Of a stretch of 64,000 nt of DNA, positions 53,420 to 64,000 are shown one piece after another. The stretch's first letter is position 1. The number at the start of each line of letters is the position of its first letter. A program made the translations under genes and the position numbers. The stretch is from positions 150,350,001-150,414,000 of the forward strand of contig NC_042998.1 in the NCBI RefSeq assembly GCF_006345805.1, read 5' to 3'. The notes beneath the pieces are model-generated. The model had not been told where the DNA came from, made no database searches, and was given only the letters and a program-made list of their open reading frames with translations. The stretch comes from Octopus sinensis. Lineage: Eukaryota.

Positions 53420-54420
53420 CTCAATCGAGAATGAAATTTGTCCATACGCTTATATTTGCTGAAAATTTTGGATCTAGAATTAAGTAGTGTGGTGGAATTC
53501 TTGGTCCTAAAACGAATGTGCCATCTTTCAGCCATTCATAACTTAGATTCATTTACATATGGCATCGATTTCTCTACGGTTCTCTACTAGATTGCATGTG
53601 GTGCACAGATGGGACTCTAAATTGGCTAGCCACATATGGAATTCTTCAAACGCCATACGTGTCTAACCAATTTAGTAACTTCGCTTTTGTCGATGTACCG
53701 GAAAGAAGGCTGGTGATTAGTATAATGTTTTTCAAAGTTATCTTCGCAAAAACCGGTGTAATTTTTCTTTTCACTTGCATCATCTTGAAGACAGAGTTTA
53801 TCCAACCTCTGGTTTCATGTGCAATATTCCGGATCTCGACAGTTACAACTGGGAGTAAGCTCTTGGTGAGGTTCTTCATATTGGAACAGCAACCGTATAA
53901 TATTTTTTGAGCACCTGTTAAAAATGTTTCTGTACTTATAGTTTGCCGGGAAATTCTTATGTCAAAGAGTAGGGATGGGGTGAACCATATTATTTTCCGA
54001 GGACTGTTTTTAGATCTGTTTTTAGGTTCAATACTTATAATTGAAGGATTATATCTTATCATTGAAACCGCCCTTAGCTCCGGCATTGTTATAGAAGGCT
54101 ACCTTATGAAAAGTTTTCTTTCAAGAGGCCATATTAGATATCCTATTAGTGATGTGTGATAGCCTGTATATAAGAAAGTTTCTCATTTAGTTTATAATAG
54201 GGCTTATAAGAGCGAATGTTTAGGTCTCGGGAAACATCTGAGAAATTCACTTTGGACATATTAGTGATAACAGTAATCCTGAGGTCTAATAGATTAAGGG
54301 TATATGCTAGTTTCTTACTAAATTTATCGTGTGAATGCCCATTACATATTCCGCACAGAAATAAATGCTGCATGAAGAAGGCTGCAGAATGCCGTAATCT
54401 TAAGGAAGTCAATTATATAA
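53420..54420 (-). mobile_element. Penelope-like element fragment (same lineage as 40750-41520)
   Basis: ITNMSKVNFSDVSRDLNIRSYKPYYKLNEKLSYI, RKIIWFTPS, CCSNMKN, CNCRDPEYC, LLNSRSKIFSK. Confidence 0.8.
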
Positions 54421-55359
54421 ATAAATATATTCATCTCTCATATTTCTTAACATTTTATATTTCATATATAGTTCAACTCCCTTGTTCGAAAATATAAGGA
54501 AGCAAATAGTGTATAGTATTGCCAGCTGGAGACGATGTTTCCTGGGGCTAAATAACAGTACCAGTTGTCCTAACCAGGACTGCCGCATTATGTTGGAAAA
54601 TAATCTTTACTCTAGGGTACTGTTACTGAATGTCTCTCGTTCAGAGATTTAGAAATAATAATTTTTCTACATATTTACATGTGTTTGTGTGTGTGTGTGT
54701 GTGTGTGTGCGTGCGTGTGTGCGCGCGCGCGCGCGCGCGTGTGTGTGTGTATACATACAGATGTGTGTGAGTGAGTGTGTATATGTTTGTATTTGTATTT
54801 GTGTGTGTGGTTGAACGTGTGTATAATGATAATGAACAACATATGGACGTCAAGCATCATCATAGCAAATCATCCGCACCAGCACCAACACTATTATCAC
54901 TACCACCGTGTCTAGCACCACCACATCTACACAAAAAAAAAAGACAGTACACCCTAACACAGCCATTACACACTTTTTCTACAACAATCACCAAAACTAA
55001 TGCCACAACAACAACAACTATATAAATAACAGGCACACAAACAACTAAACAACTTTGTCAATTGCCCTGCCAACGGTGACGCCTACATCATCACCAACAC
55101 AATAATTACAACCACCACTATCACTACCACCATCACCATCACCACCACCACCACCTACACTATCATCAGCACCAACACCAACACCAGTAACAATTGTTCC
55201 CATCCATTTTCTCTAGAACGACTTCCGTCCTTCAATATCGGCTTCGAATTTCTACAACCATTTATATATATTTATCTATTTACGTGTTTAGTTTTTTTTA
55301 ACTGCTACTAATTTTTTATGTTGTAATATTTGTTTATATTTTTGCCTATTTATTTAATC

Positions 55360-55430
<71 letters not shown>

Positions 55431-56041
55431 TATATATTTCTTGTTATAGTTTGCTTGAGGCGTTATATCGTGTCACTCTCTAAACGTGACATTTCAGCTA
55501 TCCTACACATTAAGGCTTCACGTCTAGTCCAACTACTACTACTACTACTACTACTGATGCTGCTGCTGCTACTACTACTGCTGCTGCTGCTGCTGCTACT
55601 ACTACTGCTACTGCTATTTCGACAATATTACTACAACTAATATTACTACTACCATTACTACTATATGTAATACTAAATAATCGTAGAGTTCTCATTATTA
55701 CAACCATCAATTTTCTTTTATTGTTCGTTTTTTTTTAATGACCTTCCTTCGGTGCCCTTGTGGCAAATAAAAAAAAGCGTTATTATACTTGATATTATAA
55801 TTGTTATTATAAGAGGTGGTGTGTGGCAAGATCGGTTGAACACCACCGAAAATATCGTGCGGTTTCTAGTTACGTTCGGTTTCAGCTTTATGCTTAATCT
55901 CCTTCTGAATACACACACACACACACACATACATAGTTCGACGTCCTTTTGGTGTCCTGTACTCATATATGCGTGTATATGTACATGTAGAGGTAGGTAC
56001 GTACATATATGTTTATATATATGCATATGTTTTATTTTATT

Positions 56042-56079
<38 letters not shown>

Positions 56080-56155
56080 TATATTTCTATACATATATAT
56101 ATACATACACACACACGCGCACACACACGCACACACTCACATATACATATATATA

Positions 56156-56191
<36 letters not shown>

Positions 56192-56330
56192 TGTATATAT
56201 ACATGTAGATGTAGGTACGTACATATATGTATGTATGCATATATTTTATTTATTACACTATTGTATGACAGCGCCCTCGCGTCGATTCGATTCGATTCGT
56301 TCGTTTCGTTCCGTTCTTATTCTCCAAGTC

Positions 56331-56400
<70 letters not shown>

Positions 56401-56438
56401 TATATATTTAAAACAGGAGATGTGGAACACGAGTTGTG

Positions 56439-56771
56439 ATATATAAAAAAAGGAAATGAAGAAAATGCTGACAAAATAATTTAAGTAAGGGAGAGTGTAT
56501 TTAATTAGGTGAAAGTTCTTTTTACCGGTTGCGCATTTGTTATGCTTATCAAAAGATATTTTTTTAAGAGAGATAGAGTTCCTTCTGATAGATTTTTTTT
56601 TTCTCTTCTGATGAGAGAAAAAATCTATTAGAAAGGAACTCTATCTCTCTAAAAATATATCTTTTGATAAGCATAACAAATGCGCAACCGGTAAAAAGAA
56701 CTTCACCTAATTAAATACACTCTCCCTTACTTAAATTATTTTGTCTGCATTTTCTTCATTTCCTTTATATA
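56439..56771. repeat. Near-perfect palindrome with ~165-bp arms and a 7-nt loop
   Basis: aaggaaatgaagaaaatgc...tttctct-tctgatg-agagaaa...gcattttcttcatttcctt. Confidence 0.95.
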
Positions 56772-56832
56772 TATATATATATATATATATAATACATACA
56801 TACATACATACATACATACATACATACATACA

Positions 56833-56863
<31 letters not shown>

Positions 56864-56864
<1 letters not shown>

Positions 56865-57220
56865 AGGTCATCCCATAAGTTCTATCCGAATTTTGAATAA
56901 AGAAAACAATTGATCGAATGTTATATTTAATTGAAATTTAATCATCAATGTACTTTCCCTGATTATCTGTGACTTCCTTCCATCTATTTACAAGCTTTTT
57001 AATCCCATCAATGTAAAACTCTTTTGGTTTCAAAGCGAAGAACTCTGAAAGAACTTGCGAAAGTTATATCCCTTAAATGATTCTGTAAACTACGAAACAA
57101 ATGCTAGTCTGAAGGAGCAAAGTCGGGAAAATAAGGTGGATTTTTTCCCATCCAAGCTCTTCGATCTTCTGTGATATGATCTTTGCAGTGTGGGGTCGTG
57201 CAACTTATGAGATGACCTGA
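56864..57220 (-). mobile_element. Internally deleted mariner (TIRs plus transposase C-terminus)
   Basis: TIRs aggtcatcccataagtt / aacttatgagatgacct; minus strand HTAKIISQKIEELGWEK, APSD.HLFRSLQNHL, FFALKPKEFYIDGIKKLVNRWKEVTDNQGKYIDD*. Confidence 0.85.
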
Positions 57221-57934
57221 TATATAGGTGTGTGTGTGTGTACTATTTTATTTTGATTGAGTCAGGCATTTGTTACTCAGAGTTTTGCCTCTGAATGCGC
57301 GGAGTATTCAGGCAAGTTACGACAGTCGTATCATGCCTGAAGATTCTTCAGCTGTTTTTACTTTATATTAAGAATTTCGTGAAAATTCTTGTCGGGTCTA
57401 ATTAACATGCTATCTACACTGCATCCAGTCCAAGGTTGCTCTCAAATTCTTTTCCCAAACACCTAATAATAATTGACTATTAATTTCTCTCTTCCAGCAC
57501 TTGGGGATTTCCTACATTTAGTTAGTATAACACTTCTTTCTCTCTTTTCGCTTTATTTTGCCGTCAAAATCGCATGTCACATTTTACAATACATAATTTC
57601 TTCTTATCGACGACTGTAATATTGTTATTATTATTGTTATTTTTATTGCTATTTTTTGTTTTTGTTATCCATAATCAACAAAAGAATTGCGTTAGCAGAA
57701 TTGTAAAACGCCAAAACCAATACCTTTGTGTTACGTCCATTTAAAGACTAGGCTCACATCTGCATGCACGTGTGTGTATACATGTAATTATACCTGTTGC
57801 TGTATGTATATAAATGAGTGTGTAAACGTTGGAGTATATATGTATACAGACATGTATAGGCGTGCAAATAAATGTGTATATTGGTTTGTACATGTGTGAA
57901 TCAATATACTTCACCCTGTGAATATGTACTATTA

Positions 57935-58234
57935 TATGTTTGTATATCACCGTGACCACTGTGACCGACAAGGTTATCAGATGTTGCTACACATCGCTGG
58001 TCACAATGCGCTTCGCATTGTTTTAGCCTTCAAATGACGCCACTCCACTGGCTAAGCGAGCAGGCCAACAGAAGAAAGAGTGAGGGGAAATTGTTGCCAC
58101 CACCCCTGCCAGAGTCTCGTGGAGCTTTTTAGGTGTTTTCGCCCAATAAACACTCACAACGCCCGGTCTGGGAATCGAAACCGCGTTCCTACGACCGCGA
58201 GTCCACTGCCCTAACCACTGAGCCATTGCGCCTC
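57935..58234 (-). mobile_element. tRNA-derived SINE (third family)
   Basis: Reverse-complement head gaggcgcaatggctcagtggttagggcagtggactcgc...ggtttcgattccc; related to the copy at 62865. Confidence 0.85.
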
Positions 58235-58734
58235 TGCTTGTTTGTATATATGCATGTATATGTATGTACACAATCTCCAAAAAACTGGAATAACCACGCA
58301 GATAACAGAGAACTGTAAAACCAGGATAATGATAATGACAGAAGATAACTGTGCTTCGTATGCAGAAAGTGTTGAGTTCTGTTCTTCTGACAATAACGTA
58401 TGCAGTTATGTCTGTGCAGCCGTTAACAAGTGGAGAAGAGCTGTGTCCTATCGACAGCAACCCACGCAAAAGTAACAATCCCCGTTTGCTACGCATGTTG
58501 ATATGTAGTGTATTAATCACCGTTTGGTCGATAAATTTAATACAGTTAATTCGCTCGTCAGGTAAAGTTGTATGCATGAGATTGTGCCATCCACATGATA
58601 TGAAATATTTGCGCATCGTCTTACAAGAGATATTCATTTAAAAACTTTCAGATTTCAAAAAGTAAAAAAAAAAAAATAAATAAATCGAATGAGTTCTCCC
58701 ACTTAAAATTTGAGGCATTCTGTCTTTGTTAGAA

Positions 58735-58921
58735 ACTCTTCGGATGAAATGGTTTGCGATATTACCTAAGGCATTTTACGTTCTGAATTCAAATCTCGCC
58801 GAGATCATCTTTGATTTCATCTTTTCGGAGACAATTCAATAATGAACCAGTTAAATACTGAAGCCAACTGCATCGATCGACTAATCTCCACCCTCGAATT
58901 TTTTGTGTGTCTAAATTAAGA

Positions 58922-58925
<4 letters not shown>
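58735..58925 (+). mobile_element. Degenerate Deu/Nin-like SINE
   Basis: ttctgaattcaaatctcgccgagatcatctttgatttcatcttttcgg. Confidence 0.55.
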
Positions 58926-58967
<42 letters not shown>

Positions 58968-59896
58968 TAGTAGTAGTAGTAGTAGTAGCAACAGCAGCAG
59001 CAAACGTACTACTACTACTACTACTGCTGCTGCTACTACTACTACTACTACTACTACTATTACTACCACTACTACTACCACTACTTAAGAAGGTGACGTT
59101 GCTTGTGGAATTAGTTGCAAAGCAATATTCAGTAATCTAATACTCATTTTCGTAGTTCGACCCCAACCGACGTTCATTTGTACCTATAATGTCACGTGGT
59201 TTAAATGTCGACTGCTGTTAAATTATATAGCAGGTTATCTCCCCTACATATCTTCATTAAAGTGGACTGTGCCTCCCAATGACATCACTTTCTAGCAAGG
59301 TCAAACAAATGGTTTGAATTAGCGACTTTGATGGAAGTGTTTACTCATCAGCCACCAGTCAATACGGCTGACACTGTATCAACAACACAGTGCGTGTTGG
59401 AGTGTGTTTGTACATGTGTGATACACACACACTAACATATACAGATGTATACAGACATACCACATAAAAGTATGCATATATATGTGTGTGTGTATGTTTG
59501 TATATGTTAATATGTTTATCAACATAGAAACATGCGGGTATATATATATATATATAGATATATATATATATATATAGATATATAGATATATATATAGATG
59601 AGATAGTATAGATAGATAGATAGATAGATCGATAGATAGATATAGATATAGATATAGATATATATATATGTAATACTATATATACATATACAAAAATATA
59701 ATATCAATATATATATATAATTACACACACACTATATACTTACGTATATGTATGTGTATATTATATATTCATATTTCACATATATATATATGCATACACA
59801 TATGTGTATACATATATATACATACACATATATATGTACATGTAGTATGTATATATGTAAATATATGTTATGTGTAAATATGTATATATATATATA

Positions 59897-59947
<51 letters not shown>

Positions 59948-60120
59948 TATATGTGTGCACATGTGTATCTACATACAAAGCATAGATATACACATGTGTG
60001 TGCGTAGTTGTGTGTATACGAAAACGTACATAAAGAAAATGCCTACCATTAAATGTATTGTTAGATATGTGTATCATGTGTTTGTGTGTGCTTATATATA
60101 TATGTGTGTGTGTGTGTGTT

Positions 60121-60160
<40 letters not shown>

Positions 60161-60603
60161 TACATATATATATTATATATACCCACATTCATACTTACAT
60201 GCACAAACATACATACACGCACATACACGTACACATGTGTGTGTATTTATGTACGTATCAACATTTACAATATACACATTTCATCGGCCATTGCTCTCTT
60301 TAATGTTGATGCGATAGAAAGGAGAAAACACCAAACAAAACAAAAAACAAAAAAAAAAGAAAGCAAAACATGAATATGGGAAGGAGGTGGAGAAGAAGGG
60401 AGAACAAATTTGCACCGTTAAAAACATAGAATTTCAAGAGATTGATCAAAAATCTCTGTTGTTGAACCAACAATTCAACCGGAAAGGAGCGGAGAGGGTG
60501 AATATAGCGGGATACATGTAGGTATAAGAAACACTACACGCATACACACGTTCGCACGCTCACGCAGATATATATAAATACAAATATAAATATAAATAAA
60601 TAA

Positions 60604-60647
<44 letters not shown>

Positions 60648-61105
60648 CATCGTGATGGAGAGAGACTATGAGGCAGTCAATGAGAGGAGAAAGGAGATAG
60701 AAGGATGAACTGAAAGACAAGAAAAAGCAGGAAAGAGGAAGAGAGAAAGAGAGAGGAAAAAGAAAAAGAAAGGAAAAAGGTAAGATGAAAATAGATAGAG
60801 ATACAATGTAGGGACCTGGGTAGACGGACGTTTGGGTGGGGCGAAGGGTGGAGGAAATAGCATGAAAGCTAAACGTATACGAAAACTAATATTGCGAATG
60901 GAAATATATTGAAAAATAAAGGGGAAAAAAGTGTGTGTGTGTGTGTGTGTGTGCAGATAGATACAGACATATATACACACACACAAACACACTTATATAT
61001 ACGATTTGCATATATATTTTGTCGTGCGTGCAGACGTACGTTAATAAATACATACATACATACATACATACATACATACATACATACATACATACATAAT
61101 ATAAC

Positions 61106-61137
<32 letters not shown>

Positions 61138-61264
61138 TGTATGTATGTATGTATGCACGTATGTATACATGCCTATGTGTTATTTAGACACGCACCTATA
61201 ACTTACATAGAGAACATATTACATAAAATATATATAAACCTACGTTATATAGACACGCATATAC

Positions 61265-61328
<64 letters not shown>

Positions 61329-62864
61329 TGTCTGTGTTGTATGTATATATGTATATATATATATATATAATATATATGTATATATATATATATGATATAT
61401 ATATATATATATATACTTACATATATACATACTTACATACATATATGCATGCTTATGTATATGTATTTATGTGTAGATGTATATGTGTGTATGTGTTCAG
61501 GTGGAGTGGGGTTTAATGATATACGGATTGCTGAAAACAAATCGGCATATTGGAATAAAATAAATAAAATTAAATATTTTTTTTAAATCCATTAAAATAT
61601 GGGACAAACCCTACCAACCCATGGCCATTCTTATAAACCGCAATGTATAATAACTTGTGTTGTAAAGCATGAGGTAAACATCGGGTTTGTTGTGACAAGG
61701 GTACAGTTTCAATTGCTGGTTCATTCGAGTTTACTCCTGTTGTACTACTACTATTAATTCCTAAACCATCATTTAAAATACTTTCGGCAGACTATTTAAA
61801 ATAGTCATCTGTCTATCATACTTATTGCATATGCACCATTAAAGGGCGTGTTGCTGTTGTTTCTGTCTTAGAGAATATCTTTCCAAACATGTTGTGTTAA
61901 AAGCACAAAATATATCGGAACGAGACGAACATCGTCACTGCAGTGATTCATGAGGAGGATCGACGCGTTTCGGCTTTTTTGAACTTGTCAATGGCTGTTC
62001 GAGTTTTTGACAAGCCAAGGCGAAAGTTCTTCCTTCCGACATATAAGAGATAGTGAATAATACATTCAGTAGAGTTGTGGAATGCTTGCAGCTTAAATGA
62101 GCAAGTAAACCCACATATCCTCTGGATAACTAACTGACAAATAAAAACTGTTTAAATCTCTCCAAAGTATATTCTTCTCTTCTTTTTATATTGTTTAAAA
62201 TGAGTTCCAATCACCTTGTCGATCTGTCCCTTGTCTGGATACTTGGGTGTTTAGTTTTAAGGTCTTTCTTTCAACGCTCTCTACAGGAAACTGTACTGCT
62301 GTTGGTTTGCGATCTTGCGACTCCCTGGGAACTTGAATGCTTATGGCCATCCCCGTAGCACTAAAACTTTGGTCAGCAATGACTATCAGTCCATATTGTG
62401 CCACAACAGTGACTACAAGCCAAGTGTGACAACATCACTGTCATTCCTTAAGAGTTCATCTTCCCAAACACTGCAGAACCAGCATATGCACCGATGTATT
62501 AAGTACAATCATGGCTTGCCCTTTTGTCTTTGTCTTCTGCTTTAAAGATGACGCATACACCTTCACTCTTCCAGTAAAGAAAACTTCATTTAAAATATCA
62601 ACCATGGGTATTTCCAAGTTTCTATTCGATGGAACGAACGAAATTCTCGTAGACTTGGCAAAAGCATAGATAGGTTATCTTTCTCCCCCTCACCACGCCT
62701 TGACTTACGCACAAAATGCTTCCAGTTCATTTTTTCAGTGTAAAGTTCTATAACGAACATTTTTTTGTTATTTATTATTCCTTTTTGTCCGAAAGAACGT
62801 TTTGGGGTTAGATTTTCGTTGTTCATATTTACACTGGACATGCTGTGTGTATGTCTACTATTGT

Positions 62865-63225
62865 GAAGGCGCAATGGCCCAGTGGTTAGGGCAGCGGACT
62901 CGCGGCCATAGGATCAAGATTTCGCTTCCCAGATCGGGTGTTGTGTGTGTTTATTGAGCGAAAACACCTAAAGCTCCATGATGCTCCGGCAGGGTGTGGT
63001 GGCGAACCCTGCGGTACTCTTTCACCACAACTGTCTCTCACTCTTTCTTCCTGCTTCTATTGTACCTGTATTTTAAAGGGCCAGCCTTGTCACGCTGAAT
63101 CTCCCCGAAAACTACGTTAAGTATACACGTGTCTGTGGAGTGCTCAGCCACTTGCACGTTTATTTCACGAGCAGGCCGTTCCGTTGCTCGAATCAATTGG
63201 AACCCTCGTTGTCGTAACCGACAGC
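62865..63225 (+). mobile_element. tRNA-derived SINE (same head as 57935-58234)
   Basis: gaaggcgcaatggcccagtggttagggcagcggactcgcgg...attgagcgaaaacacctaaagctcca. Confidence 0.85.
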
Positions 63226-63482
63226 GTGCCACGTTATGTCTACTATCGTTTGTGTTTTACCAAACTTGTATATTATGCTATATGTTCCTATTGGAGTGCT
63301 ATTATTTTTCTTTTCATTTCCTGTCACTTGTTTTTTTTTGTTTATTTGTTTTTTAATCATTAATATGTATTTTTTTTCATTAATATATAATTTGTTTTTT
63401 ATTCTTTTTCATTTGGTGTTTTTTCACTTTGCTTACTTCAGTCTTTTCGAGCAGAGGATCAGAGGAATGAAGTCGTTTTTAC

Positions 63483-63563
<81 letters not shown>

Positions 63564-64000
63564 TGTGTGTTTACCTTAGCATTGAACGGTAATAAAAATA
63601 TTTCCTTGTTGGAATTGATACTCGAATTACCTGCAAATTACCTTCATTTATAGCTTTAATGTACTTCGGGAAACAATTCTAAAAACGAATTATTCCACCT
63701 TCTCTCGAAAGTTTATAAATTCTTATGAAGTCAGCAAATTAAAATATTTTTGTCCAACCCCAGTAAGGGGTATACAATGAAGATCCTTTTCTGAAATAAA
63801 GGCTAAATGAAAATTAATTTCTTCACGAACATTTGTGAAAATGAACAAGCAAATATCGCAGAACATCAGACAGAAAACAACAACAACAATAGCAGCAGCA
63901 ATAGAAGTAGCAGCAGCAGTAACGACAACAACAACAACAACAGCAACAACAACAACAACAACCACAACAACAACAATAATAATAATAATAATAGTAATAA

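Noticed and set aside
56600-56640. CTGATGA...GAAA in the palindrome centre as a hammerhead
   Set aside because: No valid stem II or stem III; the sequence is explained by the palindrome.
57935-58234. Functional tRNA gene
   Set aside because: The tRNA-like head continues into a SINE body and lacks a clean cloverleaf and terminator.

Overview
AT-rich, extremely microsatellite-dense animal genomic DNA. The repeat repertoire (tRNA-head SINEs with Deu/Nin-like and V/Meta-like cores, plus (TA)n, (TG)n, (TACA)n and (AAT)n arrays) suggests an octopus/cephalopod; this is inference, not a database result. No host protein-coding gene can be supported, and nearly all long ORFs in the track are microsatellite artefacts. 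The window contains decayed mobile elements: three mariner (DD34D-type) remnants, one near-complete maT/DD37D transposon, R4/Dong-like RLE LINE pieces, Helitron pieces, a gag-like ORF1 remnant in two copies, many SINEs, and at least three distinct Penelope-like element (PLE) lineages, including a GC-rich Neptune-type RT+GIY-YIG copy. The strongest unexplained signal is a set of hammerhead-ribozyme-like motifs. Two lie inside fold-back (inverted-repeat) elements; one of these has an apparent compensatory U3-A8 core and a Schistosoma-type CAAAUA loop II, suggesting non-coding, ribozyme-carrying PLE/retrozyme-like elements. Coordinates were read by eye and may be off by a few bases.
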